Assembly (NCBI RefSeq): GCF_009914755.1 | Contig: NC_060926.1 | Reading direction: 5' to 3' (one strand) | From: the human T2T-CHM13v2.0 reference genome, Homo sapiens | DNA length: 64,000 bases | Part shown: piece after piece, positions 1 to 13,739 of the stretch | Layout of the letters: every line of letters starts with the position of its first letter | Position numbering within the stretch: position 1 is the first letter of the stretch | Notes under the pieces: generated by a model | Seen by the model: the letters and a program-made list of their open reading frames with translations, nothing else | What the model was told of the DNA's origin: nothing | Databases searched by the model: none | Made by a program: the position numbers and the translations under genes

Positions 1-35
1 ATGAAAATCTTTGTTTTTGCCAAATTTGGATAGTT

Positions 36-170
36 TGTAGTTTATTAAGTGCTATTTTGTGCATGTAAAATTTGAAAATAAACACAGTCTCTGTAAAATA
101 GAATGTTTATAGACTTAAAATCTGCTCCTTTGTCTTTCATATCTTTTTTTCATGTTAAATGATTTTTTGG
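36..170 (+). terminator. Candidate cleavage/polyadenylation site (3' end of an upstream transcript)
   Basis: UGUA at 36 and 64, AATAAA at 77-82, and a U/GU-rich downstream tract at ~129-170, in AT-rich 3'UTR-like sequence. Confidence 0.4.
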
Positions 171-739
171 TAGGAAAAAGTGGGATCACATGCTATTAGG
201 TTCAATTTTGCTCAGAAAGGAATCTGTTTTCATGCCTTCATTAAGTTACATCAAAAAGAAAATGCCTAATCATTGCTGAGTCCTTCTGCTGAATATGCAA
301 AGTTGAGAAGGTGTTTGTGGTGCTGATGGCAAGATATCTTTACTAGGCTGGTAACAACCAGAATGTCCTCTAAGGCAGGACTTTGGAGTAAAATGGTGTG
401 TGGTTGGACTCCTGCTTGTAACTATTTAGGACTTTAAGCCTCTTTTCTGCCTATCTCACATATCATTTTGCAAGTCTTCTTGGAATTATTTAATTTACAG
501 TATTTTGATAACTTCAAAGCTGGTAAAATGAAATTAGAGCTATCTGCTTGTGCTCAGAAATCAATTCTCATCAAATAATATGAAATTATGTTATCTAAAA
601 GCATTTACCCTATTAAGTGACAGACAAATGAGAAGTAAGGAGACTTAATACACTGTTTGCCTATTGATGACACTGGCCACAAACATCCCACTCTTTACAA
701 GCAGTAACAGGGAAGGGAGTCTTTTGAAAAAACAATTTG

Positions 740-1022
740 GGCCGGGCATGGTGGCTCACGCCTGTAATCCTAGCACTTTGGGAGGCCGAGGCGGGCAGAT
801 CACGAGGTCGGGAGATCGAGACCATCCTGGCTAACACAGTGAAACCCCGTCTCTACCAACAAATAGAAAAAATTAGCTGGGCACGGTGGTGGGCACCTGT
901 AGTGCCAGCTACTCGGGAGGCTGAGTCAGGCGTGAACCCGGGAGGTGGAGCTTGCAGTGAGCCAAGATTGTGCCACTGCACTCCAACCTGGGTGACAGAG
1001 CGAGATTCCGTCTCAAAAAAAA
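740..1022 (+). mobile_element. AluY SINE
   Basis: GGCCGGGC start, AluY diagnostics (CACGAGGTC, CTGGCTAACAC, GGCGTGAACCCGGG) and A tail. TSD GAAAAAACAATT at 726-737 and 1023-1034. Small deletion in the right arm. Confidence 0.95.
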
Positions 1023-4000
1023 GAAAAAACAATTCGATGCCTCATGTGACACAAGAGAGAGGACAAAGATCAATGGATAAACGATAAGTGAAGTCAAGTC
1101 TAGTCTAGATTGAAAAAACCACTTTCCAACATTAACATCTGAGCAGTAGTGCATGGAGTATTTTGAAGGTAGTGATATCACCATCAGTGGAGGTGTGCAA
1201 GAAGAAGCTTAGTAACTCCTTAGCAAGGCCATTTCTGGAAAGAAACCCTTATGGGGTCAGTAGCTTAAATGGCCTTTCACATACCTTATAAATTTGTCTA
1301 AACTCATAATTTGATGTCTGACTTCTTCTACTCATTCCTTTTCTAAGCTTCTGCTCCACATTCCAAAGTAGCAGACAAATTAAGTTCTCAGAATCTTTTA
1401 GATTCTTGCTGGTAGGTTAATTGGGATGCATAGATGGGCTCTTAATTTTTTTTTATTTCTACACTGGCTCATGTGATTTTTATTTATCCAGTGTCTACAA
1501 TGGCAGTAGAATAGTGGATGCCAGTGTGTTGTGAAAATACAAGAGTGAGCAAAAGCATGTTCAATGAACAACAGTAAATCCTGACTTCATACTGTTTTAC
1601 AGCTCCATTTATTCTAGTTTATATTTTGAGGCAGAAAATAATTTTCTTTGAACACTTACCACATGTATTAATACCTCTGTCATCCACTTTAGATCCTACT
1701 TTCATGGAAAAAACATAACCCTTCCACGCTGATTCCTGGCTGATGTTTCCAGCTGCGAGGTCAGCTCCCACTCCATTGCAGCACTGGAAATGAAGTCAGC
1801 CTACAGAGGAAACTAATTGTGTTCCCGTGCTGGAACAATATCTGTATATACTGGAAAAAGTAAAGACAAAGCTCACTTCACAATTCCAGCTCCACCCCTG
1901 CTTAGTGATACCACCTTGAGAAAAAATGGCTTAACCTCTCTAAGATAGCACATTTGGTGGTAAAATAGGAATGCAAATACTGATTGGAAAAGGTAAGATT
2001 TCTTTCTTTGATTTGTAAATTAATAACTACCATTTTAGGAAGGCATGGCCTGACAGATTTACACATATGGAGAGTGTTCCAGGAATTATAAACCATGTGT
2101 AACTGGCACCGTAGCTGAAATACGTCATGTTTAAAATACAGGAAGCTCAGGGCTTTGGAGTATACTGCACACAAACTTAATAGTCAATATTGCTCTGATG
2201 AGTTTGGCAAAATGGAAAAACTATTGAGATGATGGAAGCAAAAAGAATAATCTACCACAGATAACTTCTTACTATGGTCAAGGGTTACTTATAAGAAAAT
2301 AAACTTCTCCAGGCTGTACAAAGTTAGGCAGTCACTGCGCCTTATGGAGCCCAATCTCTTCTCACATCTGTATGGTGAGAGACTTGAGTTCAATGCTGCT
2401 ATGGTTTCGTCCAGCTCAGAGTCTATGTGAACTCTCAAGAGTGGCTTAGAATAAGTGATTGGAGGATGCACAAGACAAAATTATTAGAAGCTTCGGGTAA
2501 ATCAATGTTTCTTCTGCCACCTTGTCAATAGCTAACAGTCAGACAGCTAGTACCACTGAGGGAGTGGTAAATCCCAACTAGTTTTGGTGAGAGGGCAACG
2601 CTGGTGCATACACCCATGAGTGTGTCTTGGAGCAGGGGCAGACAGAGGTCTTTCTGGAAATATCAGTGATAACACCAGAAAAAGCAGCATTGCAGCCTAG
2701 ACATTCTGGCCCCACACAAACCTTAGAGAAGATCCCTTATCTAGGAAATATTAATTAACATGGAAGAGGAATCCACCCATACATCCAACTGGATGGTCAC
2801 CAGGGACGTGGTACCCGCTGATCACAAAACTCATGGAACTTTGAACACAGGCAGAACCAGGACCATTAGCAAACTGAAGACTAGTTGTTACTGTTGTGGT
2901 TTTGTTGTATTTTTTTCTTTCAAGGCACGTAAGTCTTATACTTCAAACCTTTCCTGGAGACACATGGGAATACTCAGATTTACACTCTACTTTTCTACTT
3001 TGGGGAGAAAAAAAACAGAAGAAACTAAACTAAAACTGTGCAGTTTGTATTTTAAAAAAGACTGGACATTGAGATCTTGCCAAACATCTCTCCATTCAGC
3101 AACCACTGAGAGAGTGTGGCGCTACCTTTTATCTGTTGTATGAGCTTGGGGAAATGACTCGGTACCTCTGAGTTTCCTCCCTCATCTGTTAAAAACAAAA
3201 TACAAAAATGGTGTTGCAATGCAAGAAATTCTTTTAGTTCATATTCTTCCAGCTTCTCTGGGGCTCTGTCAATTATCCTGCACTCTGTTTTTCCTCCTGG
3301 GTTGCATGTGTGACCTTAGACATGGATAGCACATGAACACGCTTGCTTCTGCAGGGTGCTGATACTTTCTAGGTGACTGAGACTCATGGAGTGGAAAGAG
3401 TGACTGTAGAGGTGACATATCATTAAACCAAGTCACACTGCCTGCCATTTATCTGCCTGAAGGGAAGTTTCCTTTCGTTCGGGGACACTGGGACTCTATC
3501 TAGGGTAAAGGGAAGACAAACACACAATACTCCGATGTCCTTGGGAAAATGTCATTGAAATGGGTCAGCCTTTCTATTTCAGAGTTGTGCTCATCTGAAA
3601 ACATTAAAGAATGTTAAAAATAAGTACACAGTGTGCTCTCAGCTGCTCCAGCCAAGCCAGCTTGTCTTTGAGAAGGCCTCTGGATATTAACAATAGGCTT
3701 ATAGACATGCCAGCCTCCTGTGACTTCTCTGGGGAGTAATGTGGGCATTTGGGGAAGTTCCTGCATCACTCACTGTCCCACAAACTCTTTGTCAATGAGG
3801 TAGAAATTACTTGGGCAATATTAATCTCTTGGGGTGGGGTGGGTATGTAAGCAGACTTAATGATTTCAATGTTTTCTAAATGTGTACTCTGATTCTAAAC
3901 ACTGAATTTCTACATTTTGTCTACGAAAAACAAACAACTTTCAACATCAAATTTATTTCTGTTTCTCAGTCTTTCCTCTTTGTCTTTATGCTAAGATCTC

Positions 4001-4059
4001 CTACCCAAGCCCGTGGTCTCCATAGATTCAGGGCTAGAAATATTTAAGGGCTTCCTAGA

Positions 4060-4330
4060 AGACAGAACAGTAGCTTTAGAACCAGGCAAATTTGGTGATG
4101 ATTCCCAGTTTCGATACCAATGAGCTGTGTAAGTTATATTGCATTCCACTTTTCTTCTTTGTCTCTGTTTCTCTATCCAGACAAAGTAGAACTAACGGAT
4201 AACTCATAAATGTACTGTGAGCATTAGGGATGCTTAACCTAAATTACCTAAAATAGTGCTTGTTACAGTACAGATACTATTAAATGTCATTTGTGAATAT
4301 TATCATTATTGCTACTATTATTATTATCAC
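4060..4330 (+). mobile_element. MIR SINE fragment
   Basis: Degenerate MIR core (gctttagaaccagg...cccagtttcgataccaatgagctgtgt...) ending in a tattattatc tail. Confidence 0.6.
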
Positions 4331-6229
4331 TCTTATGTGACTCAATAGTCTTTCCCTAAATGTTCTCTAAAGCAATAATAATCTGTCCCTGAGCTATGAG
4401 ATAATCTTTCGTCTGATATCACACCTGGATTTTTGAGTATTGCTTGGCAACTAAACTCAGTTTTTGTACTGTCTCTGATCTTTGGCCAGAGGTCCACTTG
4501 ATTGTCTTAGAGTTTTACATTTTACCTGCCACAGTACTCACCAGAAAATGCTGTACTCAGGCTCAGCTGAAATGCCTACCTCTGGTGCAACACTCTTTGC
4601 CTTGTGTGTTTGAATGGTTGTGCATCTGGGTCTCTAAGCAAGGAGCTCCTTGAGGACAAGGGCTTCTCTGATTCATGTCTTCTTCTTCGGGCCTAGAGCA
4701 GGGTGAGTCGTGTGATCACACAGTTCTGTTTGCCTGATTCTTTGGGAGACTGTGTTGATCCTGGCTGTTGCCATTTCCTTTGGAGCTCTGTAGCTAGATT
4801 GGGCTTCCTGTCCTCCTGGTCCCCCATCCCATTGGAGGGTGGAGTTTCAGGAGGCAGCTCCCCTTCTCTGCCCCACACGCTTCCCCCTGGCTGGGGTCCC
4901 ATGGTGAGATCTCTTCCCAGGAGTCAGTTCACAGCTCAGTCACGTCTTGCTTAGGGGAAGACAATGAAACTTGACCTGAGAAGGCTTGGAGTGATTACTA
5001 CAATCATCATAATTTATATGTAAAGGAACTTACAAAGAAGGAAAGGAAGAAATTAAGGAACAAGTGTGAACAGGAAGGACAAGAGGCAAAGAGGAAGGAA
5101 GAAAGTAAGACAGAAAATGTTTTTAAGGATCTGCTTTGGGATGAGCCTGGGCCAGATACTTTCACAAAACCCCTAAGAGCTATCTTTTCATTTCTATTTT
5201 AATATAGACAAGAATATAACCCAGGATTAATAACTCCCTAAAGTCATATATATAGGAAGAGGTAGTTAAACCATTGGAAGACGTTGAAATGTATCTGAGT
5301 CCCAAAAAGTGTAGTAGAAAATGATTAGAAAACACCCATCAACCAAACACTGCATTGCTGAGCACATGTACCATTTTAGCCTGTAGATTTTAACTCTAGA
5401 AAAACTCTCCTTTAAATTTTACAGGAGATATTAAAGGATACAGGAATACAGAACTGGTTATGAGGCTTAGTAGGAGTGATCAGAAAGGGTGCTTTTCTAA
5501 GTACAGTATAAGGCTCTGATTGTACACAATTCTGCAAGTTCTATTTTCTCCCATTTTTGATGTTTTAAGAATTCTTTGCCTCCAGAGGGGCATAGCCTGT
5601 TTGCTCCCTGCTGAAGTCATTGAGATTTCTCTCCTTCACTCTGTGTGTATGGACACTGGGGTTACATCTTTAAATGACAGCCGAAATCCATAACACACAT
5701 CTTTTCACATTTTAGTCCAAAAAATGACTTTGCCGCCTTGGCAGCCAACAAAGTAGCCTGAAATGAATGTAAATCAAGAATCACTGGGCATCTTTAATTA
5801 TAAAACTTGCTAAGGTTTCAATGTTTTATGCACGTTGGTCACTATTTTTGAAGCAATAACTAATTTCTCATTGTAAACAGAATGCAAAACTAGTAGTTTC
5901 CCAGCTTTTAGAAATGCTTAGGGCATAGTGATAATTTCAAAGTCAGTAATTACTCCGTGAATAAATGAGCCACACAGTTCTGCATCCTTGGCCCTCCATG
6001 TGCAATTGCCCTGGCATGGTCAGTCTCACTTACTATATTGTCTCTTTTCAGGCAATAATTTACTGTAACTACATTAGTTCAAAAAATATTTAGCCAGAAA
6101 AACACAATAAGCGATTCATTTTGTCCTTCAATCTTCCGCTAAAGAGCACAGATTCTCCAAATCACCAGGCAATATGGAAAAGGCAAGGTCTGTGTACATA
6201 GAGTGGCCCATAAAAAATAGAATTTTGAA

Positions 6230-7120
6230 CAGTGGTATCCTGGTAAATATTTAACATTTGCCTCTCTGAAAAAGTATATCTAAATTTGCTGATATAAAAT
6301 ATACGTAGCATACAATTTACAAGTAACTAACAGTAATATACAAAACATTTTGCTTCAAATTCCAAATAGGCAATTGCTTCTTATTGAATGCTTTTGCTGG
6401 TTTTTGCCAAACTCCTGTATCCCTAGACAAAATATGGATTCAATTGACAGACAAATATAGTTCCAACAAGAATGTTAGTTGATACTTTTGTTTATCTTAA
6501 CAAGAAATATCAAAGTAAAACAACAAAGATGCATGTCTGGACTTCACCCATTTGTCAATAATGTGAGCAACTTTTTTTGCCGAATTGAATTATTGTTCTC
6601 AAATGCTGGAAAAATATTTACTCATAGTACTCACAATGCTTATTTGTAGTGTTTCAGATATAGACATGTCACACATTTAAGTTTAATCTACACGAACATC
6701 TTTTCCACAATTTTATTAAACCTAGATAATCAGCAAAACAATAAATCAAGCCCTATATTGTAGTATTTGCAAATTTTCATGGTATAAATATAAACTCAAT
6801 GGCTGATTTCGATCTACCAACATGACTGCGCTGAATGCTGAGTTGGGAAGAAACTGTTAATAGCACACCATTTTATGATATTTCCAACATGAAGTTACAA
6901 CCTCAACCTTAACAATGTAAATAATGGTAAGATGTAGTAAAGTAACTAGAAAGTGACAATTTTTGAGTGTTTATTCCTTTATTTTTAATATAATTTAATT
7001 ATAAATTTATGTAATTTAATTTTTAGCAATGACTGTGTTTAATAATCAGTTTGCAAAATCCCTAAACATTTAAAAATTGGTCCTTCCAAGCTGGTACAAG
7101 CCAGTTCCAGAACACCAATG
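6230..7120. mobile_element. MER63-family (hAT-Blackjack) DNA transposon, MER63C/D-like
   Basis: Terminal inverted repeats CAGTGGTATCCTGG...CCAGAACACCAATG. Ends match the MER63 consensus ends as recalled; ~890 bp. Confidence 0.75.
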
Positions 7121-7162
7121 ACATTGGAATTGGAGGAAAAAATAAATTGATGATTTAGTGTA

Positions 7163-7303
7163 CAGTTATGCATTGCTTAACAATGTTCTGAGATGTTCTC
7201 AGATGTTCAGAAATGTTCTGAAAAATGCATCTTTAGGTAATTTCATCCTTGTGTGAACATCAGAGTGTACTTGCACAAAACAAATGAATTGCACAAAACC
7301 TAA
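7163..7303 (+). mobile_element. Tigger3(a) 5' fragment
   Basis: TA|CAGTTATGCATTGCTTAAC...GTTCTGAAAAATGCATC...GTGTACTT matches the Tigger3/Golem 5' end. Confidence 0.8.
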
Positions 7304-7319
7304 TAAATTGCACACACAA

Positions 7320-8031
7320 ATGAAAGACAGTATTAACATAATAAAAAACTATAGACTGGGAGATAATATTTGCAAATCACATATCTGAGAGTGATATACA
7401 ATAACACACACACACAAACACCTGTATATATCTCAAAACTCGATAACAAAAAGACAACCCAATTTAAAATGGTAAGAGTTTGATCATTTATGTATGTTCA
7501 ACATATTTGGATGGCAAATAAGCATCTCAAAAATGCTCAACATCTTTAGTTATTAAGGAAATGCAAATTAAAATCACAAGCTACTACTATGCATTCATAA
7601 GAATGTCTAAAAATTAAAATGACTGACTATACCAAGTACTGGCAAAGCTGTGGAACAACTAGAACTTTCATATACTGCCTGTGAGAATGTAAAGTGGTTT
7701 GTATACTCTAGGACTCCCACTGACTCTTTCTGAAATAAACATTCACTCACCATATGTCCCAGCCATTTTACTCCTAGGTATTTTCCCAAGAAAAATGAAA
7801 GCATATGTCCATGCAAAGATTTATACAAAATACAAACATTAATCACAACATTAGTTGCAATAGACAAACACTGGAAACAACCTGAAGGTTTATCAAGAAG
7901 TGAATGGATAAACAAATAGTGCTATATCCATAAGATGTAATACTATTTAGTGGTAACAAGGAATGAACACAACCACACAGATGAATCTCAAAATAATTAC
8001 ACCTGGTGAAAGAAGCCAGATAAACATACTA
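7320..8031 (+). mobile_element. Old L1 (L1MB/MC/ME-type) 3' region; resumes at 9298-9365
   Basis: L1 ORF2-end/3'UTR motifs (gactgggagataatatttgcaaatc, ggaaatgcaaattaaaa, gtgaatggataaacaaa, gaaagaagccaga). Confidence 0.85.
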
Positions 8032-9173
8032 TAGTCATGCACCGGATAACAACGTTTCAGTCGATGATGGACTACATGTACGACAGTTGTCCCGCAAGAT
8101 TATATGGAGCTGAGAAATTCCTATCACCTAGTGCCTTCCTAATGTGTGAGTGCAATGCATTGTTCACATGTTTGTGGTGATGCTGGTGTGAACAAATCCA
8201 CTGTGCTGCTAGTTATATAAAAATATAACATAATTATGTACAATACATAATACTTGATAATTAATGACTATGTTACTGGTTTTATCACTGTTTTAGAGTA
8301 TACTCCTTCTACTTGTATATTTTACAAAGTTAACTGTGAAACAGCCTCAGTCAGGTCCTAGAGGCAGTATCTGGAAGAAGGCATTGTTCACATAGGAGAT
8401 GACAGCTCCATGTGTGGTGTGTTTTCCCTGGAAGACCTCCCAGGTGGACAAGATGTGGAGGTTGAAGACAGTGATATTGATGATCATGACCCTGGGTAAG
8501 CCTAGACTAATTGGGTTTGTGTCTTTGTTTTCAACAAAAAAGTTTAAAAAGTAAAACAATAAAAAATAAAAGCATTTAAAAATAGAAAAATGTGTTTAGA
8601 ATAAGAATATAAAGAAAATACTTTGAACAGCTGTACTATATGTTTGTGTCTTAAGCTAAGTGTTATTACAAAAGAGTCAAAAAGTTAAAAAAATTGAAAA
8701 TTTATAAACAAGTTACATTAAACTAAAGTGAATTCATAATTGAAGAAGGAAAAATACATTTTATAAATGTTATGTAGCCTAAACTGTACTGTGTTTATAA
8801 AGTCTAGAGTAGTTCAGTAATGTCCTAGGCCTTCTCATTTGCTCACCACTTACTGACACAGCAACTTCCAGGCCACAAGCTCCATTCATGGTAAGTGCCC
8901 TATACACGTGTACCCTTTTTTATCTTCTATGCCATATTTTTACTGGGCCTTTTCTATGTTTAGATACATAAATACTTACCATTGTGTTACAGTTGCCTAC
9001 AGTATTCAGTACAACATGCCTCACAAATTTGTAGTCTTAGGAGCAATAGGCCATACCAGTTAGCCTAGGTGTGTAGTAGGCTATATCATCTAGGTTTGTG
9101 TAAGTACACTATAATGTCTACTCAAGGAAGCAATTCTCAGAACATATCCCCATTTTTAAGCAATGCCTCACTG
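8032..9173 (-). mobile_element. Tigger3b DNA transposon
   Basis: Both Tigger3 termini present, TA flanks, ~1.14 kb; internal Golem motifs (gcctaggtgtgtagtaggctat). Confidence 0.85.
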
Positions 9174-9175
9174 TA

Positions 9176-9295
9176 TTTGTGTATCTAAACATAGAAAAGA
9201 CACAGTAAAAAAAGCACAGCAGTATAATTTGATGGGACCACCGTCTTACATGCAGTCCATCCTTCACTAAAACATTATTATACAGCACATGACTG
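9176..9295 (+). mobile_element. Tigger3(a) 3' fragment
   Basis: tttgtgtatctaaacata...atgggaccaccgtc...cacatgactg|TA. Confidence 0.8.
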
Positions 9296-9365
9296 TATAT
9301 GAATCCATTTTTATTATGTCCTAGAAAATGCAAACTAATCTGCAGTGATAGAAAACAGACCAATG

Positions 9366-10046
<681 letters not shown>

Positions 10047-12271
10047 GGAAGCCTTATTTCTTATTGTAAAGCACTATGCGTTTGCTAGCTACCAGTGCAT
10101 CATTTGCTTGGACAAGGGCCTCTGGCTTTTGTTTCTTTGTAGCCCCAAGTATAGGCCTAACCCATAGGGCCAGCCACTGGGCAATGTCTGTAGTGGGGAT
10201 GATGGCATTGTGATGACACACTGCACCAATATATATTAAGTGAAAGAGTACCCAATGTGTTCCGTGTAATTACCATCAACAGGGACCATCCCAGATCTGA
10301 GCAGTTTAAGCCCTCTGGGCCTTGGCACAATGTGCAGCCTAGATTAATTAGTTAATGTTCATAAGACACTTTGAAGATGGAAAACCTTGTAGGAGTGCAA
10401 AGCCCATGTATTAAGGATGATAATTATATACATTTGAGCTTCAAATTCAGCAATCATTGTTGGAAAGGGTAAACCAGTTGCTGATTTATAGCACAGCAGT
10501 GTCCTGGACCTGCAAAACCTCTTGAAACGTGTCAAGAGCAGCTCTGGCATGTGCTCTGGGGCATAAAGTTGCTCTTGGAAGCAGGTGGGCATGTATCCCT
10601 TCTGTCATCCCACCAGAAATGGCTCAGCACTGTTACCTGGCTGCAAAGTGGATCATTCAATTTTCAATAAATACATGCTGAGAACTTGCTCTGTGGGGAA
10701 GACCTATTCAAATTCATATCAAGTAGAACTCAAAGTAATTCCTCCTCCCTCAGACTACAGAGCTTAGGGGTGACATAGAGGTGGTTTCATATCACAGCTC
10801 TGGCAATTGTATTGAGTGTGACTTGGAGAAAGTTATGTCGCCAATGTAAGCCCAGGATCTTCATGTTTAAAACAAGTAAACTTTGAAGATAATAATATCA
10901 GCCTTTCAGAGTTGAATCTGCAAAATATCTGGTAAGAAACTGAGACATCCTGGGTGCTCAGTAAATGGTAACTGTTGTTATTGTGTTGCCAAACTGTGCC
11001 CCTGATAACCAAAAAGCAGTTCTCTTGTGCTCACATCCATTGATGTGGGTTTTAGTTGCATTTGCTAGTTATACATTTTTTAGGACAATTTCTTCTTTTA
11101 CCTCCAGGGATCCCTCACCCTGTGTCCCCTGATATCAGTGGTCTTTATTAGAGGAAGGAAAAGGAATTCTGTTAATGTTTTCATCTGCTAGCTGCAGTTC
11201 TCAAGACACTCAATAACTCATTGTCAATGACCTAGTTACTGACAACTAATTCCTCATTTATGGAATACGTCACTTTTGGAATGAATTTGATGACCCTGAA
11301 CCAGAGCTCTGAGGACTCTGAACACAGAAGTGGGATCAAAGTGCTGCTAAACCCTGGCACAGCCACCTGGCCTCAGGGAAGGCAGTTAAAGGCACATATT
11401 TTAAAGGCCATCAAGTGTTTCTCTTCTTGGTCCTAGAAGAACATTCCCAGAGTGCCCTTCATCAAGTTGTCCCTAATAAATATCAAATGCAGGAGCTGAA
11501 GCTGTGGATGCCATGCTCCTCCCACCCACATTCCTCAAGACCTTCTCCCTTGGTGGCCCCACCAGGAGCCCCAAGTCCCACCTTTACTGCCAAACTCCAC
11601 TTCAAAAGCTGAGGACTGAGTCCTCCACTGGTGCATCAGGGGAAGCCTTTTGAAGATGCAAGGGTTGTGAGTCACTGATAATCATCATGATTCATCCACG
11701 AACTTCAGAGACCAGGTTCTCTTTAATACTCATTATCCCTTCAATAGGCCAAGTTGGGCCAATAGTTAATTTGCAAATTGTAGGACTCAGTAAAGTGAGA
11801 CTCTAAAGGCAGGGTAATTAATAAATTATTTTTATAGAGAGGTTGACTTCATTCAATTTTCCATATTTATTACTCATACGAGACAATCTTTCTAGTTTTC
11901 ACCTCCCACAGGGCTAATGAGAGTTGATAGTCATCTCTCCTTCCACTATTCTCCCCTCACCTTATTCTGTGAGGCTCTGAGGCATTAAACACACACTTTA
12001 CACTGCCAGGTCACTGTGGTCACAGTGTGTAGCTCAAAGACGGCCTTCAACAGGCATTTGTTTATTACAAGACACTTCACTGGTGCTCTCTTTCTGTGCC
12101 CTTGAATCAGGCCTCACCACTCAGCAGGAGACCAATCAAAATGAGTCCTAAAAACCATTGACAGTAACTTCTTGGCCTCTCTGAAGTCACTCCACCCTCT
12201 GTTCCTCTCTTGTGGTTCTGATGTTTGTTTCCTTACCTCTTGGCCTTCTTGGCTTTGGTGTACAATTCAGT

Positions 12272-12725
12272 GAGTTACAGATTGAATTGTGTTCCCTTTC
12301 AAAAAGATATATCGAAGCCCTAACTCCCAGTACCTCCAAATGTGATCTTATTTAGAAATAGGGTTGTTGCAGGTATAATTAGTTCACGAGTTCATGTCAT
12401 AGTAGGACAGGCTCTGTACCCAATATGACTGCTGTCTTCATAAGAAAACGTCCATGTGAAGACATCCATGTTAGAGACACACAGGGAGAATGCCACGTGA
12501 GTACTGGAGGACGAGCATGATGCAGCTAAAAGCCAAGGGATGCCAGACGTTTCCAGCAAACCACCAGAATCTAGGAAGAGGTGAGGAAGGATCCCCCACA
12601 GGTTTCAGAGGGAGCATGGTCCATGGATACCATGATTTTAGACTTCCGGCCTCCAGAACTGTAAGAGACTAGATTTTTGTTGTTTGAAGCTATCCGATTT
12701 GTGGTACTTAGTTACAGCAGTTCTA
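12272..12725 (+). mobile_element. MLT1B/C MaLR solo LTR
   Basis: ttgaattgtgttccc...atgtgatcttatttagaaatagg...gcctccagaactgtaaga...ttgtggtacttagttacagcag. Confidence 0.85.
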
Positions 12726-13424
12726 CCCTCCTTACACACAGGGCTGAGGCAGAAATGCTATTTCCTAAGGCAGGGCCTGAGGCAAGGCCAGTGCTGGGTA
12801 ACCCAATCTGAAGTCCAGGAAGCACTTACAATTCTCTGTCTTCACTAGAGGTGCATCTTGCAACATGGTGTCTCAGTGCGGGTGTTAACTGTTGATTCCA
12901 TTGACAGAAAAATCTATCTCCTCTGTATAAACATCTGGATGACTTAACACGTATTTGAGGCCCAGTTCTATGAACCACTGGCCAGACAAGGACTCCAGCC
13001 TCCCAAGACTGAAGAGTATAGGTCATGCCAAGAACATTCTTCTCAGAACTCTAGTAGTAGGACTTACAGAATAACGTCCTGGGCAGAGATGATTCGGCCA
13101 TGAAATAGACTAAAAAGTGGAATCATTGAAATTAGTCATTGTGTGGCCTAGAGTAGTCAAGAGGGGCTCCCCCAAAGAAGCCACAGTGCCAACTATTGTA
13201 AGATGAGGAACTTTGGAAGAGCTAGTGATGAGGATGGAGAATATCCCAGGCATGGGGGCCACATGAATAAAAGCATGGTGACAGAAATAGAATGGCAGAT
13301 GCTGTTCAGTGAGGAAGCTCAGCTGGTTAGAGTAGTGTGGTCTATAGAGAGTAGGGGAGAATCAAGTGTTGAAGGTTAATCCATTTACTCTAACCCTAGT
13401 TTGGCTGACTGCTTAATCATGGGT

Positions 13425-13568
13425 TTTCCTTCCTTCCTTCCCTTCTCCCTCCGTCCTCCCTCCCTCCTTCCCTCCCAGCCTCCGTCCCTCCCTCCCTCTC
13501 TCCTTCCCTTTCTTCCTTCCTTCCTTTCTCCTTGTTTAATTCGCCCTCTCTTCTTTTTTCTTTTTCTT
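13425..13568 (+). repeat. (CCTT/TCCC)n polypyrimidine tract
   Basis: Directly visible low-complexity repeat. Confidence 0.9.
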
Positions 13569-13739
13569 CGATATTCAATGCAAATGCCTGATTGCCTGAT
13601 TTTCATACCCTCTGGTAGGCTCCGGATGAAGGCACGCACTGCTACTATGTTAGAAGAGCGTGCATACACAGTTACAGCACACTACGCTAAACGCTATCAC
13701 AGAACACAGGACTGGAAACACAAACATTGAGGCAATGCT

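Noticed and set aside
2550-2570. TACCACT-GAGGG-AGTGGTA hairpin
   Set aside because: A 7-bp stem is expected by chance in 64 kb.
12840-12858. CTCF-like TCACTAGAGGTGCA
   Set aside because: Mismatches at core positions; not supportable without ChIP data.
13630-13710. GCACGC...GCGTGC hairpin with downstream ACA, possible H/ACA RNA or pre-miRNA
   Set aside because: The stem is short and mismatched; no H box or second hairpin.
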